Under the pieces are notes generated by a model. The model had not been told where the DNA came from and searched no databases. It saw only the letters and a list, made by a program, of their open reading frames with translations. Of a DNA stretch of 64,000 nt, positions 26,481 to 40,300 are shown piece by piece (positions within the stretch are counted from its first letter, which is position 1; each line of letters starts with the position of its first letter). Source of the DNA: Marsupella aquatica. Lineage: Eukaryota > Plantae > Marchantiophyta. A program made the position numbers and the translations under genes. Where the stretch lies: NCBI GenBank assembly GCA_973895155.1, contig OZ316891.1, forward strand, positions 26,101,899 to 26,165,898, in the 5' to 3' direction.

Positions 26481-27639
26481 TGATTATTTAGTTTTATAAT
26501 GTGGAGCCAAAGGGGTTCTAATTATGTATAATGTATATTTCTATTAGTTGGTTTTTTCAAACTTGCAAACAATTAAAAATTACAAACATTTTGATGTAAA
26601 ACTTTGATATATCATTGACAAATATCATAATGGTAACTTTATTTTAATAAATGATATCTCTTTCTTTGTATTCTGGTCTTTTACGGTAAATAGTTACGGC
26701 ATGGCGCCCCAAAAATTACATTGCTTTTGCCATAAACATGAATGTACGCTTTTGTTACTGTCAAGAATATGATCTTTCTTGTTTGTGGTTGGTTGTGCTG
26801 ATGTGATGCCACCTTGTGGCAGGAAATTTTCCAGGGACCTCTCATGGGGTCCGTAAATAATATTTGGATGAGTCGTGATTGATATCAGTGGTTTCTGGTA
26901 ATCTGTTTCAAATTCTAATTTACACACCTTTGAAAATAATGACAAGTAGAAACTCTTCAACTACTCTAACATTTACCAAGGTAGTATAAGAAACCCAATA
27001 AACTTTTTAACTTCTCTAACATTTACCAAGATAACTTAAGAAACACTTTGGCTACTATAGATAGAGTAGCAAGCAAAGGTCAAAAATACCATAACTACTA
27101 TGGGTAGTCAGAGGAATACCAAGGGATTGTAAGACCTTTCAACTACTATGGATAAAGTAATATTGTGCATGATCTACATGGAATGTTACATGTATTGTAG
27201 AGAGACTAATTGTCATGAATGATAGACTTTGATTGCAAATTATAGTACAGAATTATAATATAGATACCAAGAGCATTGGGCGCCAGTGTGGATCGAGCCC
27301 ACGTAGTGCAAAACTAATTGCTCAACTTAGGGCCTGAAGCAATGTTCATTGCGAGTTTGCATCGGCCCTTGCAAAAATTGCTTGGAGCAAGTGAGCAAAC
27401 TTCCAGCAGCAGAAGACATGGAGGGGAAGAATCAAATATACTGGGAGATTGGGACATGTGGCACAGTCAAAACAATCTTGGCAACACCAAAATGTGCATG
27501 AATTGTGCATGAATTGGTGGACGTGGTATCAAAACAGTAGGCAGCCCAAATGCAATGTGAGTAACCATGAAAAGCACTAAAAAGCAATGCAAGTGACTCA
27601 TGCATACTCCTTTTTAGCAAGTTTGGGAAATTCTTGCAC

Positions 27640-28730
27640 ATTTGCAGGATATTAGGGGCCTGATGTGAAAGGACTGCTGCATTTGCTACAACATGACAAG
27701 CCTGAGGTGTTTTGTTTGGACATTGAAGCTAAGGCAGTGACTTTGAGAGTAATTTCAGTGTGTGAGACTGCTAGCACGGACCTTAGGTGAAAGATAAAGG
27801 CCCCCCACCATGGACTTGTCCAAATTAAGTGGTTGCCTGCCTGTTTAATTGGACAATCCCCGAGAAGGGAGGACTTTGATTTGCTTTAGGTCCTGAGTGA
27901 AAAATCTCTAACTTTAGTGTTAATAGAGAAAGTCCTTTGTTGGATGTCAAGAACATTCTCTCCGTGTCCCATGCAATCTGCTCTGAGCCTGATTCTCTCT
28001 TGTTTCTTAAGTAAGGGTAAGGATCTTCCAATCTGCAAACAATTATTAATTTTGACTAGAGTTCACAGACTACAATTAGGAGGCATTGATTGGCATGTTT
28101 TCTCATGAGATTAGGTGGATGGTGAACTGTTAGTATAACATCAGTCTGGCAAGGATGGTGACTAGGATTTTCCAGAATACCATCTTTATTTGGACCCAAA
28201 CCTGGTCGGCAACTAGGTAGAAGGTTTGGCAAAGGTGTGAGCCAAGGAAGGATCTTGGCTTGGATCCAAATCTTCTACAAGGTAGGTAGTGTTCTGATTG
28301 GGAGGAATGTGCCAAGTGAGGAACGCGGTGAGGAATAAGCTCAGGGGGTTCACTAAGTCTATAGTTCAGATACCATGTGCAATTCATCCTAGTCTATCCA
28401 AATGCCCCTATTTCATGAATATTCTAAAAATATCCTTTCTTTTCATTGTAATGATCTATTTCACTTTTGGAGGCTATATTAATATTAGCAAATATTTACA
28501 GGATATGAGTGTATATTGCCTTCTTTGACCTCTTATGCTCACATGTGGTTCATACTTATTGCATAGTCACTATGCTCAAATACTGGACACAAGTTACAAC
28601 AACTTTTTGAGGAAGGAATTGAAGTATGGGTTTAGTGCCCAGCAACTCTATTTGAATAGAGCACCTAGGGCACTACCTGTGTGTCAAGTTTTTTGCATCA
28701 GTATGAGTTGGTGGTTGTGGTTTTGAAAAA
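27640..28730 (+). pseudogene. Highly decayed LINE ORF2 remnant (APE endonuclease start, RT domain 0)
   Basis: Fragments DIRGL / KGLLHLLQHDKPEVFCL (resembles WNVRGL...PDILCLQE) near 27650-27730 and KELKYGFSA..NRAP near 28615-28670; many stops and frameshifts. Confidence 0.35.
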
Positions 28731-30160
28731 TAACCTTCGATCACAAGGCCCACACCTTGTGATCAAGAAAGGCACAAGTATGTCCCAAGGTATGTATGGA
28801 GTGTTTGGGAGTTTTAGCTCTGAATGGAGGGCAAGCAAGGTGGTTCAGCCGAGGGTTCAGCTTAAGCCTGATAGGAAGGGGGCAAACATATATAGAATTA
28901 CTCCCATCTCAACTTGAACATAGGGGGAACATAGTAGGATACAAATGACTTTTGAATAAAATTGTGCTGATTCGGCAAGCAGCAGTAGTGTCTGTGAGGA
29001 CATAGTAATTGAACTAAAGTACACTTTTTCTCCAATTGACTGGTTTTCCAGATTTTTGATCACTAAGGCGGTGTTTTCCGGGGAAGATGGTAGTGTATGT
29101 ATTGTGCATGGATTACCTACATCTAACCATGTGTTCCTACCCAAGAACAACTCTCTAATGGATTGGATGGCAAACACGGCAGATGAAATTTAGGATCTTC
29201 AATTATTATTACCGTAATTTAGGAAAGTTGAAAAATCACAAGTTTATTTTGCCAAATTACAGGTCTAATTACCATTTCTTCACAGAATTGCGAATAGTGT
29301 TATTCAAGCAAGTAACAGAGCTAGACAAAATAAAAGCAATAAAAAGTAATTTTGTCGTATGGGGACTTGGGTTAGACTCTTCTGACCAGATTTCTTGGCA
29401 AACTTGTTCAATTCATTCCCGCCAATTTAAAGTAAGTTCCCAAAATAAAATGAGACAAAATACTCCTTTTAGGCACATTAATGAGAAAGTAAAAGTAAAC
29501 TCTCGAGGGATATGCTTGATGGACCCAGCCATAAAAGATAGCTTTCCCTGATCAGCCCTCACGAAACGTTTTTTACAAACTCAACCTCCTCTTAGAGCCA
29601 GACAACATGTTAGAGCCAGGCTATGTTCTTGTAGTGTAGGTTCTTCTCAAGTGAGGTATTGAAGACTTGGACCAAACTCTTTTACTGGCCTTTTTGTCAA
29701 TTTCTATTTTAAGTTATTTGCATTAAAAAGTGACCCACAAGTCTTTCATAAGATCTTCTCTTCTCCCCTCTACAGTAGAAAGACTTTGGGCTGTCTTGCA
29801 TGTTCAAGAGTCCTGAAAAATGCGACCCTTAGCAGTTCACAGATGTACAGAAAAAAGTGTGGACCCAGGATCTAAACACAATCAAGAACAGCTTATGTGT
29901 GAAGTGCTCTCCAGCCAAGCATATCCCTCCTAAAATTTTACACATTTTTTTGGCAAAGCGACAAAAAAGGCCTCTTCAGCATACTAAAGACAAAGTCAAA
30001 GTAAACTCCCCAAACTCTCCCACTCAAGGTCCCCAAAACAATTTCACAAAATCCAACCAGACAAAAATTGCCTTGTAGGCACATTAAAGACAAAGTAAAA
30101 GAATCAAGTATTCCGACTTTTGCTAAAACATCATTCCCTATATTTAACAAGACACCCAAT

Positions 30161-30783
30161 TGAGGGAGATATGGCCCCGAAAGTGTCATGAAAAATCACC
30201 CTGCCGAAATCGAAGAAGAGAGTCAAAATCAAATCCGAGGAGAACTGTGGCGAAACTTGACCGTTTGGGCTGATCTTGGGGTCGATTTGAAGCGCCTCGA
30301 GAAGAGCTTTCCGAATCAGTGGACAGATCCAGATTCCGAGAAAAACTGAGGGAGATATGGTCCCGAAACTGTCACGAAAAAGCACCCTGCCGAAATCGAA
30401 GAAGAAAGTCGAAATCAAATCCGAGGAGAACTGTGGCGAAACTTGACCGTTGGGGCTGATCTGGGGGTCGATTTGAAGCGCCTCGAGAAGAGCTTTCCGA
30501 ATCAGTTGACAGATCCAGATTCCAAGAAAAACTGAGGGAGAGATGTTCCCGAAACCGTCACGAAAAAGCACCCTGCCGAAACCGAAGAAGAAAGTCGAAA
30601 TCAAATCCGAGGAGAACTGTGGCGAACTTGACCATTTGGGCTGATCTTGGGGTCGATTTGAAGCGCCTCGAGAAGAGCTTTCCGAATCAGTTGACAGATC
30701 CAGATTCCGAGAAAAACTGAGGGAGATACGGTCCCAAAACCGTCACGAAAAATCACCTTGCCGAAACCGAAGAAGAAGAAAGT
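30161..30783. repeat. 186-bp tandem repeat, about 3.3 near-identical copies
   Basis: Unit starts tgagggagat at 30161, 30347, 30533, 30718. Confidence 0.95.
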
Positions 30784-30789
30784 TTACAA

Positions 30790-33408
30790 GTGGCCCAAGG
30801 TTGATGGTCTTTCAATCAGAATCTTCGAAACCACCACTTCACCTATGCCTTCCTCCATGCCCCTCGTTGCGCTGCTGGTGGCCCCTCCGGCTATGTCTTT
30901 GAGCATTTTCGTGATTTATTCCCCCTTGAGGATCCTTAGTCTGGTTTTCCAGTTTTCTTCTCCTTTTGCCAGTGTATTGCAGCCGGTCGTTTGCCTCCTC
31001 CCGTCTCTCGGCTCTTGAGTGCTTCTCGTTTATTGGCCTTGGCTAAGTCTCACCGGGTGTTCGGCCAATTGCTATTGGGGAGGTTTTTCTTCGTCTGGTG
31101 TCTCGCACACTTTCCTCGCAGTTTCGCTCTGCACTATCGGATCATCTCTCTCCACATCAGTTTGCAGTGGGCGTTCCTGGCGGTTGTGAGACAGTTATTG
31201 CGGGTATTCGAGCTACCTTGGACCTCCACCCTGATTGGGTTGTCCTCTAGGTTGATGTCTCTAACGCTTTTAATACGGTTTCTCGGGCAGCCATTTTTCG
31301 TGCTTTGAGGGCAGCGGATCCAGACATCCAGTCCCTGATCCCCTTTGTCCGTTGTTTTTATGGACTCGAGGCCCCACTCTTCTATAGTCATCACTCCTCT
31401 ACCGGAGTGTATACCACTCTTTCTTCTGCAGAAGGTACACGTCAGGGTGACCCTTTGGGTGGGCCTCTTTTTGCCATTGCCCATTTTACAGCTTTACGGG
31501 AAGCCGCCATGGCCCACCCCCAGTGTATCTTTCCCTCCCTTTCAGATGACACCCACATCATTGGTCCTCCTACTGCGGTTACTTCTGCCCTCGCCACTCT
31601 TTCCACCCATTTGATGGGCCTCAGTTTACGGGTTCAGCCTGTGAAGAGTCGTGCATGGAGTCCAGCTGGGTTACCCTCTGATCTTGCGCTTCCTCCAGGG
31701 TTCTTACGTCCAGCCGATGGTCTTCGGGTCCTTGGCTCTCCAGTCGGTACCGCCTCCTTTTGCTCATCTTTCATCACTGACGCTCTACAGGCCGCCTTAG
31801 CCCCTACTCCTATGCTCCCTAAGTTAGCAGATTCTCAGGCAGCATTTGGGATGTTGTTGAGGTGCATCCACCCTCGTGCGTCTTATCTGGCTCGGACGCA
31901 TCCCCCTACCGAGGATCTTTGTCTCCACCTTCGAGCATTTGATGTCTCCATTCGTGAGACTCTGGCCTCTCTTTTAGGGCCGGGTACGTTGCTCTCATCT
32001 CCGTGGCTTCATCGACAACTCGGTCTTCCTATTTCGCAGGGTGGTTTTGGTCTTACTTCCATTGAGAGCCTTGCACCTTTGGCCTTTTTGGGTGCGTGGG
32101 CGGCCGCCTTCTCATTGTTGGCCGATCGTTTCCTTACTGAGGATCGCCATTTTTTACTTTCATCTCTCATGGAGGTAGAGGAGGGTTCCCTCCCGTTTCA
32201 GGTTCATTTGCGCGCGGCGCGGTCATCATTACCAGATCCCGTTCGCGCTGCGTTCCCTTCTTTTCAGGAGTTTTTATCCTTGGATCCCGTCCGTCTTCAG
32301 GCAGACCTCGCTGGGCGTATGCACGCTTTCACCCTTTCCAGCATCCTCTCCGAGGCACCTGACACAGACCGAGCTCGGATTCTTTCTTCCGGAGGGAAGG
32401 GCGCAGGAGGATGGCTTCATGCCAATCCAGTCATTCCTCATTTGCGGATGTCTTCAGCGGAGTTCTCCACAGCCATGCGTCTTCGTATGGGGCTGCCCCA
32501 CCCACTTCTTGCAGGTTTACCTCCTTGCACTTGTGGGAAGCCTTGTGATGCCACAAGTGTCCATCTTCTTCGGTGCAGTTTGGGAGGTGAAACCATTACT
32601 GTTCACGACGCGGTGCATGATGCGACTGCTCAGGTTCTCTCTGGCTCTTTGGTATGCGTGCGGCGGGAGGTGGTACTCGAGTTACCTGGTCCTCCATCCC
32701 AGCGGTTACGAGTGGATCTTACTATGGTCCGTGAGGGTCAACGTACTTTGGCAGATGTAGTGGTGGCAAACCCATTGCGCTAAGACATCCTTGGGACAGC
32801 GGCAACAACGGCAGGGGCAGCAGCGTCACGTGCGGCAACAACGAAGGAGGCCAAATATGTTGCACGAGCTTCATCCGACAGCTTCCTCCCCCTTGCTCTA
32901 GAGCTCTTCGGGCGTCTTCATCCTCAGTTTGATGGGCTTCTTCGGCAAGCTGCCCGGGATGTTCATGGCCGAATGGGTCCCACCGGACCCCCGCTATCTG
33001 TTTTGACCATGCACTTTCACCAACGCATTTCAGTCACCTTACAGCGTGCTCAAGCTCGGGCCATCTATCGTCGATCTCTTACAGTGGGTGCTAGTGTGCC
33101 TCCGCATCGGCTAGCTCCCCTAGAGGATGTTCCAATCCCACTTGCCGATCTAGTTTTGACCCTTGATGTGGACCATTAGCTTTTTGTCACATTTGCTACG
33201 AATGATGTGGACCTCGGTCCGGTTGGGTTAGTTTTAGTCCCTCTTTCTTGGTTTTTAGGGGTTCCCTATTGCTCATTTCTTACTTTTAGTTCCTCTTTTT
33301 GGGTGTTTTGAGGTTCTCTTTTGTTCACTTCTTTTAGGTTTGGTTTTGTACACTTGGACCCTCTTTTGTTTGTTCTTGTGTTCAGTGTTTGGTCCCTTTC
33401 TATAAAAA
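30790..33408 (+). mobile_element. CRE-clade (R2 superfamily) non-LTR retrotransposon with RT, CCHC finger and restriction-like endonuclease; N-terminally truncated, slightly decayed
   Basis: AAGGPSG, SRLLALAK, GVRPIAIGEVFLRL, HQFAVGVPGGCE, VL*VDVSNAFN, GTRQGDPLGGPLFA, SLSDDT, LGLPISQGGFG, CTCG...HLLRC, RVDL...LADVVVANP, KEAKY, FLPLALELFG. Stops at 30937, 31248, 32781 and a frameshift near 31055; ORF ends 33179; T-rich 3' UTR and short A tail to 33408. Confidence 0.85.
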
Positions 33409-33789
33409 GTGTGTGTATATTATATACAATTATGGGGTCAACATGGATAAATAGCAAACCTCACACAATGACTCTAGGCCTTCCTGTACAGAGCCCAAAG
33501 CCTGCGCATAATTACACTGTTGCAATAAATACACTTTTCTATGGCCGTATCATATTCCAAATCTATTCATCTCTCTGCCACCAATGTACAGTAAAATGCC
33601 CAGGCCCCGGTTTTGGGGCCTTTTTGCTGCAGATTTGGTGGAGATTTGGGCACTTCTATATTCCCAACGCCAATAAATGCCACTGTATGACTGTGCATCG
33701 GTGCAGCAATCCCAATTAATCAAGTCATCAGCAGACTGGCAAACTTCTTGTCCTGTTGGCAGAGAGTATCTCAGAATTATTTTATCACG

Positions 33790-36700
33790 ATTTCGAAACA
33801 GATTGGATCCCAACAGCAACACCCATCAATCCTGCTGCAACGGCGCTCTTCCTGCTGCTGATCACCTGGCCGTGATCGGTGAGGCCAATCAGCTCCAGCC
33901 TCTTGGCTTGACGCCTCGAGTTCTTTCTTGTCTCACTCTCTTGCAATTTCCTGTTTAGATGCCTTTCTAGAAAGATGAGTGTGGATAAGTTTAGCTCACC
34001 ATCAAGTCATCAACCTCTCTAAATCTGTACGAGTGAGTGTTTGTTAATTTGTTTGTAGAGAGATGAGACATGACTGAATCACTAAGCCCCAAAATAGACT
34101 TTTCGGCCAAAAACAGAGTCCAAATTGTTAGAGAGGAGTCCACATTACACGGTACCACGGTGTTCTTGTCGCTCAATGTGTTCTGTGTTCTGTGTTCTGC
34201 AATTTGTGTGTTGCAAAGGTTCCCGTGTCTGTCGTCATTGCAAATCCTTTGGTTCGGGCCTTCGAGTGTGGGAAAGTCACATCTGAGCTAAAGTTTTTGA
34301 GTCGATCGATCAACCTCTTTCTTGCAGACATTCTTACAGTGAGGAGAGCTCTTGTTAGCTGCTGTCCTTCTTTGCTGTAAGTATTTCGGTGGCTCGCAAG
34401 TGTAGCTGGATGTTTCAAATTGTGATGCAAGATGTGATTCCTTCATTCAATGGATTCTTCGTTACAGACGCTTTACTTTTGATCCGTGATTCTGTGTGGG
34501 TCGCAATTGTCGCCACCCTCTCTACTTGGCTTTGCACCTGAGAGGCCGCTTATCTTGTGTGCCTCCATCCCTTGAGTCTAGTCCTCGAGCTGTAATAATT
34601 CTTGCCAGGATCACCGGTTGCCTTAATGCTCTGTATGAGCACTTCTCTCAACTAGAACTTGTCTCTCTTGTACTTCGTCAACTCCAAGCGTTGGACCTTG
34701 CTTCCCAAGCGCAGTGATTTTTGCCGGAGTGAGGTCGACGCACGGATTTTGAGAACCTTAGAGTTCTCATTCTGTACGTCAAACCTGTTCATTACAAGCT
34801 TTTTAATTTGTGCTTTATGCTTCCAAATAAAGTACTTCTTGTCGGTGTGGAAGGTATTAGTCAAACATTTCCGTGCAGAAATGTTCTCAAGACGAAGTCA
34901 TACTAGTTCGTTGTCACATTTTGTGACAAGCTTTTGATTCTGGGATTCCCCATGGTACATTTTCGAGAATGGGTCGGGTTTTGCTTTCCTGATTTATTCG
35001 AAGGGTGCATAGCACGGATAGGTGTTGCAAATACTTGCCAACCTATGAACTAGTTCTGCGCCAGCAGTAGGGCCAGGCGCTTGAACTTGCTCCCAGTCTA
35101 TGAATTCTTGAATTTTGCAAGGCTCTTAATGCAATTAGCTGCAGGTTCGCGAATCTGATGCACAATTTGGAATTCAATTTATGTTCTAATAATCTTCTCT
35201 GTATTTACCTTCTTACCTACAGTGAACTATTTGGTTGAGAAGATGGACAGCACCAATTATGACGATTGGGTCTTCAAGATGAACATGTTTATATGTGTAA
35301 TGCAAGTATGGGATGCTGTGGAGAGTGCACCGTCTGCTACGCAGGCCAAAGAACGGCAGGAAGGAGATGGGTCAGGTCGTCCAACTTTGGTCATGAACGT
35401 GTCATCCGAATGATGGAGTTTGTGACGAAGGAGGATCAGGCCAACTTTCACCCAACTTTCTGGGTGTTGTTGCCTCATGCAGAGAAGTTGAAGAACCCTC
35501 AGACGCATCTGATCCTTTATCGATCACATGGCAAAAGTGACATGCTTCCTTGGACTGCTGTGGAAGCAGAAGCAAACACGCTCGAGGGTTGTCAAGGTGT
35601 TTAATGTTCATGTTTGCCCAAGGGGTCAAGCGAGTGACGTTACGAGGTCCTGTCAAGAAAAATTCTTCAAGAGCGAATTTATTGAAGGGTGATGTTGTAG
35701 TTGTAGGAGTTTCAGGTAAGACGAACACAGGATGGAACTCCTGCTACAGTAATACCTGGGATCCCAAAACTCTTCAAGCACTCGAGAGGTAATATTCGTT
35801 GTGCAGCATCTGTGGTAGCCTTCTGGCTTTTCAACCGGTTCAAATTGAAGCGATGAAGAGAAGGAGTAGTAATAAAAGTAGGGAACTTCTGAATTTTGTA
35901 GCTGACTGCCTACTTTAGTGAAAAGCATCCAGCTTCAAGTCTACGGCGCCCTTGATAATCAGCTCGTATAGGTTGAGGCAGGAGATTGGCTAGAAAGTGA
36001 GAGTAACTGACATAGTTTGACTGAACTGCAGTTGCGTCTGGTGGGCATAGAGGTAGCGGAGGGTCACACTTTCTCACTTGGTTAAAGAGGTTCTTTGTAG
36101 ACATGCACCATCCTTTGCGACTGAGTTTTGTTTAGTGTTGATCAGATTGACAACAACCGATATATTTAGTGCTAGGTGGAGCGTTTTTTTGACTAAGCGA
36201 CTTAGGTTATGCTTGGAGTACACCCTCCACCCAGCACTAGTGGATTTTTTTCAATCAGATGCTCTTCTTGCTGATAACTTTGCAGCATAATCAACTGATT
36301 GCGTTCGACCTAGTTCCAGGGTACTCTGAGCTGCTATTCAAACCTTTCAAACTTGTCTTTTAATGGATTTTTTGTTACTACACATCCCGATTCTTCACTT
36401 GCTGCATTAGCTATGGCCTTCTTCTCTGTGTGCGCTGTTGTTCGTCCTTTTCTGTTCAGAGCAGAACTAGTGAATTCTGGTCAGAGATTCGTCATATAGA
36501 CTTTCTTAAATTCGTTCTTCCATGATCTCCCTCAAAGCGACGGTATGGCGTTTGTTTTTGTGTTGGCACCTTGCCATTTTGTGCTTGCGTTTGAAGTGTC
36601 CAAGCAGTTATGAAGGCAGCCTATTACTTGAGTCTGTTGTCTTGCTGTTTCCAGCCATTAAGATGTGCAATTAGTTTTGAACACCATTGCTCATGGCTAC

Positions 36701-37360
36701 ATTTGCAGATTTGGCTTGGTGCTCTCCGCAATCACTAACAAACTTCTGTTCCCTTTCCTCGAAATGAATTATAGAATGTGGCTAGAGCATTGGATATTAA
36801 ATTCTATGAAAACCGGAATCTCAATGTACACAGTGACGACCTTGTTTTGAGAACAAATGCTGCTAACAGAGTAAGGTACTTATTTAAATTCACCTTTTTC
36901 TGGATGCGTCATTCTCTTGGCGTGTGTGAATCCTATTTGACAGGGCTGTTTGAGAATCACGAAGCTCTTTCTCTTCTCGTTCCTGAATTTATAGATGATA
37001 TATGCCATATGTTTCATCATGATTGTTCAAATTCTCGATCAGGTCGTCCCTGCAATACGGTAGCAATGGGCGTGCAAGTTTAAGATGCAGCTGACCTGGG
37101 TGAAGGTTGAAATTAACAAAACAATTTCATGAGCAGTTTATTATACACCCTTGGGTTTCAATTTTCAATCAGCGCCTGAGCTGTCATGCTTAAGGCTTGG
37201 GAAAACAGCGCTGTTCACGATCCATATAATGTAGTTCATGTTTATCCGAGAAAATCTTGTCAACATTTTGTTCAACGATTCATTTAAAATAAGTTCTTGA
37301 AGTGACACTGAATGAAGAGAGTTCCCCATGATATGAAGTGACAAAATGAACACGGGTTTC
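33790..37360 (-). pseudogene. Possible decayed coiled-coil protein gene
   Basis: Minus-strand fragments rich in E/K/Q/L (e.g. IQEREEKELRDSQTALSNRIH ~36950; SKVQRLELTKYKRDKF ~34680; NRKLQESETRK...AVAAGLMGVAVG ~33800-33950) broken by stops; no family recognised. Confidence 0.25.
35231..35413 (+). mobile_element. Ty1/copia Gag N-terminal fragment
   Basis: VEKMDSTNYDDWVFKMNMFICVMQVWDAVE matches the copia Gag N-terminal pattern (KLxxxNYxxWxxKMxxxLxxxxLWxxV). Confidence 0.55.
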
Positions 37361-40300
37361 ACTCATATGCCGTAGGCACGTATGTCGTTTATACTTAATT
37401 ACCAGCAAAGTCGCCCTTATTCAGCACCCTTCAGACGACGACTCTCAAATAAAAAGTCTACAACCCAGCATTTCTACATCGCCGTTTCGCAAAAGCATTA
37501 GTTGAATTGTAGCTTCGGGTAAAAATTCATTATTTAGCCGTGGCTCACTTCATCGTTACTTAATGAGTACTCTGCGGGATCCTAACCAACAGCATCGCCC
37601 TCCTCGAATTCTTCGGTCCTTGAAGATCTGGCACAAGGACGTACTTTAATGGCCTGTGGACGTGGAACCAATTTTACTCAATTTGTAACCATGTTAACAT
37701 AACGTAAACGTACTTTCAAGACTACTTCAAAGCCTGTACCTTTTTCTCAGTACGTTGTTACGACGTGAGATGTTACCCAAATATTTCACTCATTCAATCG
37801 CTGCCTATTGAGCAGTGACCATGCCAAGACAAATTCGGGATTCAGCTCCTGGTATGTATCTCGATTGGTGGACCCTAAATTCCACCAATCAAGTGAAGTG
37901 AAACGCTGTGTAAGTTGAACAAATCATCGAAAGGGATGCGTGAAAGACCCAAATTAACTCAACTTCTAAGGATCCAGGTACCACAACAGGGTTTAGGGTT
38001 GAAGATCTGATTGGGGCTGTGGGCCATTGTCTGACTTACGCGTATGGCTACAATGTTATCGATGATTATCCTCTATTGCATATCTGCTTATTTTTTACAA
38101 ACGTAGGACATTTATGCTAGGAGTATGACTGTCTGCTAGGAGTTTAGTCCTTACTTTGAGACCATACATAGCACAATTGGTGTAGTGCCCATCGTTTACT
38201 GGGAGAGCCTGGGAGAGGTTGAAATATGGCTGCAAGTTCAATCGTTGGGGAAAACAAAGGAATAAGTTTTCTACTTCTGAACATCTGACTGGGTATCTTG
38301 AACTCTCTTGCCTGTCGGGTAGCAGACCTTTTATAAACGTGCTCACCTGCCCGCAAATTTTGAAGCTAAAACGGGTCAGGTCTAGTTCTTGGAAAGCATA
38401 AATATGTAAACCAGACAAGTGTACATATTGGCTACGTTGTCCGACGATCGTTGAGGTCAGGGCCGTCTTCTTTTCTCATAATTTTTTGCTATCCATTTTG
38501 TTCATTCTCTACAATAGGAACCAACTGCAAGACGGGACCAAAATGATGTATAAATAAACGAAAACTTTTACGAAGTAGCTACTTTAGCTGTGGAAGAGTT
38601 GTTCATGTCATGCATGCATTGTTGAAGATCTGCAAGAAATCATTGTGCTCACCACAGTTTCATTTAGGAGGATCCTGAAAACCTGAGTGTTGATTTGATG
38701 CTGCACAAACCTGCTGAAGGTGATCAGTCGTGCTGAGAATAAAGGTTCAAGTGTGATCAACAGGACACACTCATTCTGGGTTGGCCCTGTTCGGTGGTCA
38801 AAGCTGCAGAATCTTCGTTACTCCAGTAAGGATGCTGTCCATTGATGTAATATGTGGTATAATCTGAGTTCAGCTTCTTAACACTTTCTTCCAAAAGCGC
38901 ACTTTCGTTTAACGCCCCTGGTTCCTAAAAAAGCTACACTAACTAAGATAGTTCCCATAGGATTGACTATTAGTAGCCCATCTGCAGTTTGTGCAATTGA
39001 GAGGGCCAAGCTAGCTAGAGACGAATTTACGTTTGCATTACGAAATTGTCTGAAATGTACACCTTTCGAAAGTGGGAAAAGGATAGCGACGACACATGGG
39101 CACATCTTCAGGTCCATGTTCATGTTTGGGTTTGAAAATTGTGTTTTGGAGCTCAGCCATTCCCTAATTGTGTCGAAAGACACTGTAGTTGCCTATTCAG
39201 CTTTCTCATGGGTGCTTCCATAATAAAAACCACTCAGTCATTCTATCAATTACCGCAAATCTGAAGATTTGCTGGGCTCCCACGAAAACTTTCGACCTGC
39301 AGATCCAGAGGGAGATATTTGGTATATGATTGGTGAAGTATAAAGTTCAACTTGAAGTGAATATGCCCTCCTCTTGGAACAAGGATATTCAGTGAGTATA
39401 TTTTTAAAGTCGCGTGGCCAATGATAGCTTGTGTTAGGGGGAGGAGGTGCTAGGAATATTCCTTATGGCAATGTGTGACCAGTACATCACCCTAGATTGA
39501 ATTGTGGCGGATGGTCCCTCTGGTGCCTCTGGTGTGGTGGGAAACTGCTGAAAGTGGCAAATGATTCTACAGGAGGTGGAAGTTGGCAAAATTTCGGCAC
39601 CTAAATAAACCTTGGTTCACTCACCTGGGATCTCTCGAGGCTGGCCTCCCTGCCCCTGGCATCCGCCATTCTTTGCGGACCAAGCTGACCAGCAAAGATC
39701 GATGAAATTAATGTCAGACATGTCCATTAGCCTTTACATGGGACAAACGTGTCTCACTTGCAAGATCACTGCGAAGTCTGTGGTACGCACTGTTCTAATA
39801 TCGTTATCTTTGTCAATTTCAAGTTTTGAACGATCCCTCCTTTGTACTGTACCGCTTTCATCTGGAGTCTTTTCATTGGTTGAATCTATACCAAAGGGCG
39901 CCATTCATACCTGAGGATTGAGGAAAGCCCCAAAAGTATATGAAGTGACATAGATCTTATTCTCTCAGATGCCTCTTTCTGGACGAACAGACGTGTCCTA
40001 TCTGTGGATTCGACAAGTATCGCCTTTACAGGGTCAAATTTAATGTCAGCGTTTCGTACCTACAGATTGTTCGGCATTTCATGTGATCCCCGTCATGATT
40101 GCGACTGTAGACCGCATATGAAGCGCTCCCTTTTCACACGGCGAACACTCGGAAATTTGAGTCATCGGACCTCATTGCTGCGAGAAAGTGATAGCCTGCT
40201 TCGGAATAAGGGGCCACTGCAGAGCTGAATTTCCAGATTAAAAAAATGTTCAGACCAATCATCTGTCCATGTTTTGTTAGATCACAATGCTTGTTAGGTA

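Noticed and set aside
29623-29636. CACTA-like right terminus (atgttcttgtagtg)
   Set aside because: No matching left TIR, TSD or transposase found; could be a remnant but unsupported.
30131-30604. 157-aa repetitive minus-strand ORF
   Set aside because: By-product of a 186-bp unit; no ATG start or recognisable domain, and the frame breaks in the third unit.
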